Assembly: GCA_965197585.1 (NCBI GenBank)
Contig: OZ240215.1
Coordinates: 1,728,001-1,792,000 of the forward strand
Reading direction: 5' to 3'
DNA length: 64,000 bases
From: Dehalococcoidia bacterium
GTDB lineage: Bacteria > Chloroflexota > Dehalococcoidia > Plut-88900
The notes below the pieces were generated by a model. The model saw only the letters and a list, made by a program, of their open reading frames with translations, had not been told where the DNA came from and made no database searches. A program made the position numbers and the translations under genes. Shown piece by piece: positions 47,425 through 56,943 of this stretch (positions are counted from its first letter, which is position 1; every line of letters starts with the position of its first letter).

Positions 47425-48660
47425 CTAACCCGCCACCGGGGCGGGTGCCTTCGTCTTCAAGGTCTCGGGCCACCAATGGTTCTCCCATTCGTCGTCCCAG
47501 ATGTTCCGGATGTGAGGGAGCACCTCTTTGGCAAATATCTCGATGTTCTTCAGCGTCAGTTCGTGCGGCATGGACCCGATCTGCAGCAGCACCATCAAGT
47601 TTCCGACCCGCAGCCGCTTCACCGCATCCTTAAGCTGGTCCACCACCGACTCCGGTCCACCGCTGATCACGTACTGTTTATCTACGAAGTCCTTGAACTT
47701 CCACTCTTTCCACTGTCCCATCTGGTCGGTCCTGCCGCCTCCAAGCTGCTTGATCCGGTTGACCATGCTCTTGTAGTCCTGATATCCCGGCGCGGCCAGG
47801 AACTCGGGGGCCGTGGCCATGCACTTGTTGAAGAAGTACTGGATGTGTTTTTCGTAGTCCTTTTCCGCCTGTACATCCGTCTCCGACACCGCCACAAGCT
47901 GTAGGAACCCTGCTCGGTACGGGTTGGCATCCAGCCCGTTGTAATCGACTCTTTCCCAGAACTTCTCCATGATCTTCGTAGCGAACAGGTTGCCGTAGTA
48001 GCTCAGGTAGCAATAGCAATAGTTCTTTTCGCATACGAAGTCCCACGTACTGCTGCTGCCCCCGCCCGGCACCCATATTGGGGGGTGAGGCTTCTGTATC
48101 GGCTTCGGCCAGACGTTCACGTAGCGCAACTGTGTGTACTTGCCGTTAAACGCGAACATCTCATCCCGGGTCCACGCATCCACGATCAGGTCGTGCGCCT
48201 CCCTGTACCTCTCCCGTTGTACTATCGGCGGTATTCCGTAGCAGAAGTTAGCGTCCGCCGACGTGCCCAGCGGCATCCCGGCAACCAGCCGACCCCCGCT
48301 TATGCAGTCCAGCATTGCGTACTCCTCAGCGATGCGGACGGGAGGGTGGGTGGTGGGCAGCGTGGCCCCCATCTGCACCAGGGCCGCGTTCTTCGTGCTC
48401 CGCGCCAGCACCGACCCCATGAGGTTCGGGTTCGGCATGAAACCGTAGGCGTTCTGGTGGTGCTCGTTAACGCATATCCCGTCCATCCCCATCTTGTCGG
48501 CGTAGATCAGCTCGTCCAGCGTCCAGTTGTAGTACTGACCTACCCGTTCCGGGTCCGCGAGCTCCGACCAAGGCGGGTCCACCCACACCGAGTGATACCT
48601 GTCCTCAAAGTCATCGGGAAGCTCTCTGTGGGGCATCAGGTGGAACATGGATACCTTCAA
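47425..48660 (-). CDS. LLM-class flavin-dependent monooxygenase
   Basis: NEHHQ, RIAEEYAMLDCISGGR and PIQKPHPPIW motifs. Confidence 0.92.
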   Translation of the reverse strand: MKVSMFHLMPHRELPDDFEDRYHSVWVDPPWSELADPERVGQYYNWTLDELIYADKMGMDGICVNEHHQNAYGFMPNPNLMGSVLARSTKNAALVQMGATLPTTHPPVRIAEEYAMLDCISGGRLVAGMPLGTSADANFCYGIPPIVQRERYREAHDLIVDAWTRDEMFAFNGKYTQLRYVNVWPKPIQKPHPPIWVPGGGSSSTWDFVCEKNYCYCYLSYYGNLFATKIMEKFWERVDYNGLDANPYRAGFLQLVAVSETDVQAEKDYEKHIQYFFNKCMATAPEFLAAPGYQDYKSMVNRIKQLGGGRTDQMGQWKEWKFKDFVDKQYVISGGPESVVDQLKDAVKRLRVGNLMVLLQIGSMPHELTLKNIEIFAKEVLPHIRNIWDDEWENHWWPETLKTKAPAPVAG

Positions 48661-48870
48661 GATTGCACCTCCGGGGTATGAAAACCCGCCATTTACTCAG
48701 GCCTAGTCCTCGCTAATTGAGGAGCCTCAACGTCTGCGCATATTAGCACAATGTTTCCCTTATTTGTCCTTTCTCCAGCCCATTACCCCCTACGGCCACT
48801 TCTATATAACTCGAGGCTTTTCTCCAGTTATTTCGATGCTTTTTCATTGTCATAGCGAGCCCCCTTTGAT

Positions 48871-48905
48871 TGTCATTCCGAGGCTCCGCGAGGAATCTAA
48901 CGCGC
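48871..48905 (+). repeat. GTCATTCCGAGG-type REP
   Basis: TGTCATTCCGAGGCTCCGCGAGGAATCTAACGCG. Confidence 0.75.
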
Positions 48906-48944
48906 TACTCCCTCAATCGACCTCCAGAAACTACCTGCCACGTA

Positions 48945-48983
48945 CAAAAACAACATGGCGCAAGTGCAAGACACTTACGCCAT
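48945..48983 (-). terminator. Probable intrinsic terminator
   Basis: ATGGCGCAAGTG/CACTTACGCCAT stem followed by GTTGTTTTTG on the minus strand. Confidence 0.55.
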
Positions 48984-49012
48984 ATCTTCCCTAAAGTCTA
49001 GGAAACTCTGAC

Positions 49013-49786
49013 TCAGTCCAGCTTCTCCAAAAACCTCAGCATCAGGTCATTCAGAATATCCGGGTGCTCGATCATTATCGGATGCCCGCACGCCGAGATA
49101 AGGTCGTACTGCGCCCCCTGCACCTTCTCCGCCGCCAGCTCCGACCCCGGAATAGACATCGCATCCTCGTCTCCCACTACCACCATTAACGGCACCGTCA
49201 CCTTGCTGAAGTCCGGGTTAGGGTCGAACGTGCCACAAGCCGCAAGGTCTGAATAGCATACCTCTCCCGGCGTCCCCGACATCTCCCTCGTCGCCCATTC
49301 CTTGACCTCAGACGACGTCTGCCGCGAATACATTTCATCCGAGTCCCGCCTCATCTTGTCCGGGTCAGTTTTCCACGGTTCAATTTCTTCGTCGCCTATC
49401 TCCCAACTGGGGCTCGACCCCACCATGATCGCACCTTTTAGCATCTCCCCATGGTGCACGGCGAAGTCCAGTGCCATGGATCCGCCCATAGAGTGACCCG
49501 CAAACACGAACGGGGCCAAATTTAGGGCATCTGCCAAACCTTTCACAAAAGCCCGATACCCTTCCGCGTTGTCGATCCCCTCCCCACCGGAGTCCAGGTG
49601 GCCGGGCAGGTCTACCGACACGGGACTATGGTCTTTGGACAACGCCTCCATCTGGTGGTGCCAGATTTTGTGGTTGTCCGTGGCTCCGTGGATCAACAGT
49701 ACCGTGTTACCCTTCCGGTTGCCCTCCGCGAATCCTTCCGCCGCATCGAAGTTAACTTTGCTGCCATTGACAGTTACGCTGCCCAT
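49013..49786 (-). CDS. Alpha/beta hydrolase
   Basis: LIHG, DLPGH, GHSMGG and CGH motifs. Confidence 0.9.
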   Translation of the reverse strand: MGSVTVNGSKVNFDAAEGFAEGNRKGNTVLLIHGATDNHKIWHHQMEALSKDHSPVSVDLPGHLDSGGEGIDNAEGYRAFVKGLADALNLAPFVFAGHSMGGSMALDFAVHHGEMLKGAIMVGSSPSWEIGDEEIEPWKTDPDKMRRDSDEMYSRQTSSEVKEWATREMSGTPGEVCYSDLAACGTFDPNPDFSKVTVPLMVVVGDEDAMSIPGSELAAEKVQGAQYDLISACGHPIMIEHPDILNDLMLRFLEKLD

Positions 49787-49833
49787 TACCCCTCCTTACT
49801 TGTCGAAACCTGAGGCCCCGATATCGTGGCCGG

Positions 49834-50271
49834 TTACTCGGACGGTGCTACTACCAGGGCCTGTCCCGTGACCGCCCTCCGCCCCTCCGGGTTCTCGATA
49901 TACACGTCTACGTCTATGCAGTTCTCCCCGTCCCGCACCTCTTTGTCCGTCACCACACCCACGCATTGGATCGGCTCTTCGTGCTTCACCGGCGCCCGGA
50001 AGATGATGTCCAGTTTCTTCAGTGTTATGTTGGGCGCCCAGTCGGTTATCAGCTGGGACAGGTAGGCCATGCTCATGATCCCGGGAATAATCATCTCGTC
50101 GACGCCCTCGCTCCGGGCCGTCTCAAGGTCCGTGAACCGGGTCTTCTCCTCCAACCCGTAGGCCCTGCAAAACGCTTTCACCTGCTCCAGCGTAGGCTTT
50201 TTGTCCAGGGGCCCTATCTCATCCCCTACGTCCACCTGGTCGAAATAGACCGCATTGCTCTGTTCACTCAT
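49834..50271 (-). CDS. MaoC-like (hot-dog fold) dehydratase
   Basis: FDQVDVGDEIGPL...IIPGIMSMAYL...FRAPV pattern. Confidence 0.8.
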   Translation of the reverse strand: MSEQSNAVYFDQVDVGDEIGPLDKKPTLEQVKAFCRAYGLEEKTRFTDLETARSEGVDEMIIPGIMSMAYLSQLITDWAPNITLKKLDIIFRAPVKHEEPIQCVGVVTDKEVRDGENCIDVDVYIENPEGRRAVTGQALVVAPSE

Positions 50272-50279
50272 TGGTCTTC

Positions 50280-50696
50280 TTACTTCCTCCTTACGGTGGA
50301 CATTCCCACTCTGGCGACCGTCTCGCCCCGTTGGTTGGTAAAAGTGTGCTCCCTCACCACGAAGGCCATCGGTCCCGACCGCCCTGTCTTTTTGTAGACC
50401 GACTTCACCCGGGCAACGCAGGTCAGCACGTCCCCCGCCCTCACCGAGGCCTCGGGCTCAATGTACTGACCGGCCATATAGTCAAACCCCTCGAAAGCGA
50501 GGTTCAGGTCGTCCGGGCCCTCGAACTTGGCGAAGATGGTGGCTATCAAGGCCGAGGCATCATCCCCGCTGTCCGCTCCCTCTCCCGTGCCATCGTTGAA
50601 GTCCCGGATCATCTTCGCTGTCACTTCGAAAGATCCCAGGTTGTACTCCTCGTCGAGTACGCGCTTGTTGAAGGTCACCTCGTCCTGTTGTGTCAT
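50280..50696 (-). CDS. MaoC dehydratase N-terminal-like hot-dog protein
   Basis: VRAGDVL...KTGRSGPMAFVV...NQRGETVA; paired with the previous gene. Confidence 0.8.
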   Translation of the reverse strand: MTQQDEVTFNKRVLDEEYNLGSFEVTAKMIRDFNDGTGEGADSGDDASALIATIFAKFEGPDDLNLAFEGFDYMAGQYIEPEASVRAGDVLTCVARVKSVYKKTGRSGPMAFVVREHTFTNQRGETVARVGMSTVRRK

Positions 50697-50835
50697 CTAG
50701 ATCCCTGTCTCGCGTTTATGTCGGTTTGCCGTGTGCTAGGGCCATTTGAAGCCTTCATTTCGGAGTTGGATGATAAGCCACGCACTCTCCCCTGTCCAGA
50801 CGTTCATCCCTTCCCAGCGTTCGAGGATAAACGCT

Positions 50836-52698
50836 CTAGGCATCGGACTCCCCGTCCTCTATGTCCGGCAAAAATGTGCGGATTAGCCCCCTGGCAATTA
50901 CCTTGTATATCTTTCTGGATACATAAAGCCCCGCAACCGAGATGATTCCCAGTACGGCAAGCGTCACAGGCGTGGCTATGCTCCCCAGGAATAGCAGTTG
51001 TGACAGCAGGGGAATGCTCCAGATGAATAGTACGATCATCAGCATCAGCAGGAGGCCGTCCCGCATGATCATCGCGAAACCTCTCCTGTAAACACTGCTG
51101 GCAGGCAACCCTCCCCCCGGGACCCGACGGGCAAGACTGCTGTTTATGTAGTTGCCCACTTCATTAGTTAGTCTCCTCAATGACCACCACGTCCCGATCG
51201 ATGCAGGTAGGGCTAGAGCCAGTACTCCGCCGCCTATGATGAGCCCTACGGTTTCCTGACTTATGCGCATTAGTTCGGCAATGTCTCCGCTGAACCGTAT
51301 CACCACATTCCCGACAGCCAGCAGGAGAATTATGACGCCCACGTTAACCAGTGTGAGCCGCGTGTGATGCCGTACCCGCAACGCTTCCTCACTCTTCAGC
51401 TGTAATAGGCTTCTCGTTGCCCTTATCCATTCAGTGATGTAGCTCATGTACTGACGCGCCACTTTCGGAGTCCACCTTTGCAACACATTGGCCAGCAGGT
51501 CTCCGCTGCGGAAGATGAAGGGGTACAGTAGGGATGTGATGCCCGTGGCCACTGCAACCACCGGGTATAGAAACGGCCCCACCGCCCCGTGAAGCGCCCC
51601 CGCACTCACTATTGCTAGGGAGAACTCACCTATCTGCGTCATCCCGGTCCCGACCTTGATCGCAGTCCGACCGTCTTCTCCCGTCGCGAACGTCGCGACG
51701 GTGTCCGCTATGAATTTCCCTCCTATGAACACCCCGGAAACTATCAGCGCCGGCCAGATGTGGTCTGTCATGTCCGATAGATTCACCAGCATGCCTATGG
51801 AAATGAAAAACAGCGCCGCAAAGAAGTCCTTAACCGGAGATACTAGCCGGACTAGCCTTTCCGACTCCCTTGTATCTCCCAGTACCGCCCCCACCAGGAA
51901 TGCTCCCGCCGCCGGTGAAACACCCAGCTGTTGGGCAATCAGCGCCAGCCCGAAGCACATGGCCAGAGTGGCCAGCAGCATGATCTCGTCCGACTTGTAC
52001 CTAGATATGAATCGTACCGTTCCGGGTGCGACTATCGCACCTACCCCTAACGCCGCAAATCCGAAGATGCCCAGCTTCAGTACTAGCGACCCCACTGCCC
52101 CGGCTTCCACTGTTCCGGTGGTTGCTACCCCGGAAAGAACCGTTAGCAGAATTACCGCCGCCACGTCTTCTATCACCAATATCCCGACGATTATCCGCCC
52201 ATGAGCTTGATGCAGTTGCCCCGTGTCCCTCAGCATCTTGTATAGGATCGCCGTGCTGGATATCGCAATCGCCGCCCCGAGATAGATCGACTCAGTCCCC
52301 GTCCACCCCAGCAGCGTCCCAATCTCATATCCCAGAGACATCATCAAAGTAATTTCCAGCGCCCCGATAACCAGCACCCGTAGCCCTACGCTGCTCAACC
52401 TCTTCCACCCTAGGTCCAGCCCCAGCGAAAACAACAGGATGATCAGCCCAAGGTCCGCCAGCGCGCTTATCAGTTCGACGTTTTCCACTGGCGGATTGGG
52501 AAGCGTGTACGGCCCGATAAGCAGTCCACCCAGCAGGTATCCCAGAATCGGGGGTTGCTTCAGGACACGGAACAACACCACCGCCCCACCCCCCACCGCC
52601 ATCACTATTGCGAAGTCGCGCAGTAGCGCAAAGTGCTCCGTCGAAGACTCTTCAGTCTCCGCAAGAAACGGCAACAATGTGCTCAGTAAATATTCCAT
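50836..52698 (-). CDS. CPA2 cation:proton antiporter
   Basis: LKQPPILGYL, ISSTAI, LVIED and QIGEFSL motifs; many TM helices. Confidence 0.9.
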   Translation of the reverse strand: MEYLLSTLLPFLAETEESSTEHFALLRDFAIVMAVGGGAVVLFRVLKQPPILGYLLGGLLIGPYTLPNPPVENVELISALADLGLIILLFSLGLDLGWKRLSSVGLRVLVIGALEITLMMSLGYEIGTLLGWTGTESIYLGAAIAISSTAILYKMLRDTGQLHQAHGRIIVGILVIEDVAAVILLTVLSGVATTGTVEAGAVGSLVLKLGIFGFAALGVGAIVAPGTVRFISRYKSDEIMLLATLAMCFGLALIAQQLGVSPAAGAFLVGAVLGDTRESERLVRLVSPVKDFFAALFFISIGMLVNLSDMTDHIWPALIVSGVFIGGKFIADTVATFATGEDGRTAIKVGTGMTQIGEFSLAIVSAGALHGAVGPFLYPVVAVATGITSLLYPFIFRSGDLLANVLQRWTPKVARQYMSYITEWIRATRSLLQLKSEEALRVRHHTRLTLVNVGVIILLLAVGNVVIRFSGDIAELMRISQETVGLIIGGGVLALALPASIGTWWSLRRLTNEVGNYINSSLARRVPGGGLPASSVYRRGFAMIMRDGLLLMLMIVLFIWSIPLLSQLLFLGSIATPVTLAVLGIISVAGLYVSRKIYKVIARGLIRTFLPDIEDGESDA

Positions 52699-52817
52699 AG
52701 CTCTGTATCACGTTCTCCGACTCTCCATTATATGACCTGGCCCCCTCAATAAACCTACCCTGTCTCTCTCCTCTTTCCGCATAATTCCCCCGCTCCGATT
52801 CTAAAACCCATCCCCTC

Positions 52818-52963
52818 CCGTAGGGGCGACCGGCGGTCGCCCTCCCACCCACCGCACCAAAGGACTAGCGAGATGGTGGTGGTCCTCCCCGTAGCGGCAA
52901 TCCCTGGTGGTTGCCCATGTCCCCCACTCTCACCGCTCGTGCTGAGCCCGTCGAAGTATGAGC
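52818..52963 (+). repeat. Two GTAG-type REPs plus a GCTCGTGCTGAG-type REP
   Basis: GTAGGGGCGACCGGCGGTCGCCCT; GTAGCGGCAATCCCTGGTGGTTGCC; CCGCTCGTGCTGAGCCCGTCGAAGTATGAGC. Confidence 0.7.
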
Positions 52964-53074
52964 TTGCTTAAGAGCGCCAGGGCATCCGCAGATCCTCCTC
53001 CCCCCTCCCTCCCCCGAATCCTATATAATCCTCCCCGCCACCCCTACCACCTATTCCTCTACCGGAGGTTCGAC

Positions 53075-54208
53075 ATGGCAGACTACAAAATCGTCTCCGC
53101 CGACTCCCACGCTGAGGAGCCGGGCAGCATCTACGAAAAGCTCCCTGAGCAGTTTCGTCACCGCAAGCCCCACGTCGAAGTCGTAGACGGACGTAAGTAC
53201 CAGGTTCTCGACGGTCAGCAGCCCATCCTCCTCGACACCCCCAACCCGCTAACCGAAAAAGACCTGCGCAAGGAGTTCCGGGGCGGCGAGGACGTGGGGC
53301 TAGGCGTCAACCGTGAATGGGGCACCGACGTTGATATCCGCCTCAAGGACCAGGTCGAGGACGGAGTCTCCGCCGAGGTCATCTACCCAAACGGCATATT
53401 CGAAGCCTTCTCCTCCCCCGAGCCCGGCTACCAGATGGCCGTCTGCTCCCTTTACAACGACTACTACTGGGACGTTTTCTCTACCCACTCAGATGTCTGC
53501 ATCCCTTCCGCCACCATACCCACCATCAACGTTGACGCCGCCGTCACCGAAGCCCGACGCATCGGCGCATTGGGCTACCGTTCCGTATCCGTGCCCGTCA
53601 ACGTCGCTTCTACCCCCTACAACCTCCCCGTCTACGAGCCTTTATGGTCCACCCTCGCCGACCTTGGCCTCCCTCTCAGCTTCCACGTCTTCACCAAGAC
53701 CGAACCCGTTTCCGACGACGAACCCCGCAAGTACCGCACCAAAGAAGAAACCCACGGCCAGGACCTCACCGGCATGGTCCTCGGCATGGCCGAGGCTATG
53801 GCCCCCATGACCGCACTCACCGCCGCCGGAGTCTTCGACCGCAACCCTGATCTCCGCATAGTCCTGGTCGAATGCGGTATCGGCTGGCTCGCCTGGGCCC
53901 TCTACGCTATGGACGACGTCTACCACGCCCGACACATGTGGCAGTACCCCAATCTAGATAGGCTTCCCAGCGAGTATTTCAAGACCAACGGCTTTATCAC
54001 CTTCGGCGACGACCCCATCGGCCTTAACAATATCGAGTTCACCGGCGTCGAGGGCCTCATGTGGGGAAGCGACTACCCCCACGACGAAGGCACCTTCCCC
54101 CACTCCCGAGAAGTCATCGAGCGCACTTTCGCCAACATTTCGGAAGAGGACAAGATCAAGATTGTCGGCGAAAACGCCGCCCGGCTCTACGGCATAAACC
54201 TCAACTAA
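53075..54208 (+). CDS. Amidohydrolase family protein (Amidohydro_2)
   Basis: SADSH, FHV, VECGIGW and MWGSDYPH motifs; GGAGG RBS before the ATG at 53075. Confidence 0.9.
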   Translation: MADYKIVSADSHAEEPGSIYEKLPEQFRHRKPHVEVVDGRKYQVLDGQQPILLDTPNPLTEKDLRKEFRGGEDVGLGVNREWGTDVDIRLKDQVEDGVSAEVIYPNGIFEAFSSPEPGYQMAVCSLYNDYYWDVFSTHSDVCIPSATIPTINVDAAVTEARRIGALGYRSVSVPVNVASTPYNLPVYEPLWSTLADLGLPLSFHVFTKTEPVSDDEPRKYRTKEETHGQDLTGMVLGMAEAMAPMTALTAAGVFDRNPDLRIVLVECGIGWLAWALYAMDDVYHARHMWQYPNLDRLPSEYFKTNGFITFGDDPIGLNNIEFTGVEGLMWGSDYPHDEGTFPHSREVIERTFANISEEDKIKIVGENAARLYGINLN

Positions 54209-54235
54209 TCCTCATATCCTACTGGAGTTTCTTAA

Positions 54236-55375
54236 ATGCCTGACAAAGAAAGCGCCGACATATATCAGGAGCTCGGCATCCGAAAGGTAGTCAACGCCGT
54301 CGGAACCGCCACCGTCATGGGCGGAGCGGTCCTTAGCCCCCGAGTCCAGACCGCAATGGACCAGGCCGGCCAGGCCTTTGCCAGCATGGAGGAGGTCGTG
54401 ACCCGTGCCGGCGAAGCTATCGCCTCCGACCTCGGCGCAGAAGCTGCCTTTGTCACCTCCGGCTGCTTCGCCGCCCTAGCCATCAGCTGCGCCGCCGTCA
54501 TGACCGGCCCCGACACCGATCTCATAGCCCAGCTCCCCGATACCTCCGGCCTCCGAGACGAGTTCCTGATCCAGAACCGCCACCGCTACCATTACGACCG
54601 ATCCGTCTCCGTCCCCGGTGGCAAGCTCGTGGAGATTGGTGACGAAAACGGCGTTACGAAAACCCAGTTCGAGGAGGCCATAGGCCCCGACACCGCCGGA
54701 GTCCTGTATCCGGCCCACATGGACGGTATGGAGGGCACCCTATCCCTGGCCGAGGTGATCTCCATCTCCGAAGCCCGAGGCATCGCCGTAGTCGTAGACG
54801 CCGCCTTCCAAGTCTATCCCGTCCAGCGTATGAAAGATATCGCCTCCTGCGGCGCCGATTCCGTCTGCTTCAGTGCCAAGTACATGGGCGGCCCCAATTC
54901 CGTCGGATTCATGGTCGGCAAGAAACACTTTGTAGAATCCGCCCGGCTCCACGGCTTCACCGCATTCGAATTGGAAGACAACCGGGCCTTCGGTCGCGGC
55001 TTTAAGGTAGATAGGGGAGAGGCGGTGGCAATGGTCGCCGCCATGCGTGAGTGGTTCACTCTGGATCACGATGAGCGAGCCCGAGACCAGGAGCGCCGCT
55101 TCCAGGTCCTCGTCGAGCTCCTTGGAGACATCCCACACGTCACGCTCCAGCAGGGCTGGTTCGGCCAAATCCCCTGGATGCAGCTTCGAGTCGTCCTCGA
55201 CGAAGAAGCTCTCGGCATGACCGTAACCCAAGCCGCCGACGCCCTCAAAGCCCTAGACCCATCCATCTGGACCCGCCCCGACGGCGACGCCCTATCCATC
55301 GCAGTAGTCACCCTCCAACCCGGCGAAGAACAGCTCGTAGCCCGAGCCGTCCGCCAAGTCCTAGCCAGCCAATAA
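54236..55375 (+). CDS. SelA-like/DgaE-family PLP-dependent enzyme
   Basis: VVNAVGT, VDAA, FSAKYMGGP and GRGFKV motifs. Confidence 0.85.
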   Translation: MPDKESADIYQELGIRKVVNAVGTATVMGGAVLSPRVQTAMDQAGQAFASMEEVVTRAGEAIASDLGAEAAFVTSGCFAALAISCAAVMTGPDTDLIAQLPDTSGLRDEFLIQNRHRYHYDRSVSVPGGKLVEIGDENGVTKTQFEEAIGPDTAGVLYPAHMDGMEGTLSLAEVISISEARGIAVVVDAAFQVYPVQRMKDIASCGADSVCFSAKYMGGPNSVGFMVGKKHFVESARLHGFTAFELEDNRAFGRGFKVDRGEAVAMVAAMREWFTLDHDERARDQERRFQVLVELLGDIPHVTLQQGWFGQIPWMQLRVVLDEEALGMTVTQAADALKALDPSIWTRPDGDALSIAVVTLQPGEEQLVARAVRQVLASQ

Positions 55376-55418
55376 ACCCTCACACAATCCCCATCTAAAG
55401 GAGCAGGGAGGGGTCCAA

Positions 55419-55458
55419 TCCCCTCTCCCTCGATGGGAGAGGGCTAGGGTGAGGGTGA
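55419..55458 (+). repeat. TCCCCTCTCCC-type REP
   Basis: Identical to the 17712 copy. Confidence 0.8.
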
Positions 55459-55583
55459 TTCCAATTGGCAGCAGACCATGATATGAAATCACACTAACCC
55501 CCCATATTGGCATAACCTCCTCCCAGCGCATATCATGCCAATATCATCTCGCAAGGGGGTGGGGGTAAATCCCCCTCAACACC

Positions 55584-56543
55584 ATGCCAAAAATCAACTC
55601 AGTCCTCGGCCCCCTAGACACCGCCGACATGAGCTTCACCCTCTCCCACGAGCACGTCCTCGTATCCTCCGCCGGCATCCAGCAAATCTACCCCGAGTTC
55701 ATACCCCGTGATGCCATAATCGAGCGAGGCATCAACGACCTGAAAGTCGCCCACGCCGAGGGCGTCCGGACCATCATTGACGTCACCACCATCGACCTCG
55801 GCCGAGACATCCGTATGCTCGAAGATGTCTCCCGAGGCTCCGGCGTCAACATCATCGCCGCCACCGGTACTTGGCGAGACATTCCTCGCGTCTTCTGGGA
55901 AGCCTCCCCCGACGCCATCGCCGCCCTCTACATTCGCGAGATCGAGCAGGGCATCGAAGGCACCGACATTAAGGCCGGTGTCATCAAAGTCGCCAACGAC
56001 AAGGGAGGCGTAACACCTCAGGGTGAGATCATCCTTCGCGCCGCCGCCCGAGCCCACAAGGCCACCGGCGTTCCTATCTCAACTCACACCTGGGCCCCCG
56101 AGAGGGTCGGACTCCAGCAAGCCCGCATCTTCGAAGAGGAGAGTGTCGATCTAAACCGCGTCTACGTCGGCCACAGCAATGACACCACCAACGTCTCCTA
56201 CCTTATCGAGCTCCTCGAAAAAGGCGCCTGGATCGGCCTCGACCGCTATCCCGGCTTCACCTCTGAAGGCTCCGACACCCCCGACTGGCAAGACCGCACC
56301 CGCACCGCGGTCCGGCTCATCGAGGCCGGGTACGGCCACAAGATAATGCTCAGCCACGACTGGTCCATCCCCATCTCCCGCCCCAGCGAGGAAGAAATCG
56401 CCCGACGTGAAGCCCGCAACGCAGACGGATACCTCTTCATCCACCGTCACGTCATCCCCCTCCTCCGAGATCTCGGCATCTCCCAGGACGCCATAGACCA
56501 AATGATGGTCCACAACCCCCGCAACTTCTTCTCCGCCGTCTAA
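55584..56543 (+). CDS. Phosphotriesterase-family protein
   Basis: HEH, GRD, IKVA, STHT, VGH and LSHD motifs. Confidence 0.92.
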   Translation: MPKINSVLGPLDTADMSFTLSHEHVLVSSAGIQQIYPEFIPRDAIIERGINDLKVAHAEGVRTIIDVTTIDLGRDIRMLEDVSRGSGVNIIAATGTWRDIPRVFWEASPDAIAALYIREIEQGIEGTDIKAGVIKVANDKGGVTPQGEIILRAAARAHKATGVPISTHTWAPERVGLQQARIFEEESVDLNRVYVGHSNDTTNVSYLIELLEKGAWIGLDRYPGFTSEGSDTPDWQDRTRTAVRLIEAGYGHKIMLSHDWSIPISRPSEEEIARREARNADGYLFIHRHVIPLLRDLGISQDAIDQMMVHNPRNFFSAV

Positions 56544-56558
56544 CACCCCACCCTCCCC

Positions 56559-56800
56559 CGTCATTCCCGACCCCGAAGGAATCCATCCCCGGGGCGGGGC
56601 CGCTCACCCTGAGGCACTCGAAGGGTCGAGCGGGATGCGGCCCCCCATCAATCCGTCGCACCCTCCTCCACCCCAACCCCCTTCGCCCCTGTCATTCCGA
56701 TGCCCCGCGAGGAATCTGGGGAGGAGTCCTATCCCCTCTCCCTACGACGGGAGAGGGCTAGAGTGAGGCTGATCCCCTCCTTGGGGCGGAGCCGCTCACC
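56559..56800 (+). repeat. REP mosaic of three families
   Basis: GTCATTCCC...GGAATCC, GCCGCTCACCCTGAGGCACTCGAAGGGTCGAGCGG, GTCATTCCGATG...GGAATCT and TCCCCTCTCCC...GGGAGAGGGCTAG. Confidence 0.7.
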
Positions 56801-56835
56801 CCTTCCTAGCCTTTCTGCCCCTCCCCCTTGATAAC

Positions 56836-56876
56836 GATATATGAGCCATGTTGCAGAGCAACATGGCTCATATATC
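56836..56876. repeat. Perfect 19-bp inverted repeat with 3-nt loop
   Basis: GATATATGAGCCATGTTGC-AGA-GCAACATGGCTCATATATC. Confidence 0.85.
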
Positions 56877-56943
56877 AATAAAACAGGGCGGGTGGGCGGG
56901 ACTCAATATATCCCTGAGGATGGTGAGGGTACCCCCTCCCATA

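Noticed and set aside
54236-55375. Calling this gene selA (selenocysteine synthase)
   Set aside because: It is shorter than true SelA, lacks the N-terminal tRNA-binding region and has no selB/selC context; it fits the SelA-like/DgaE group.
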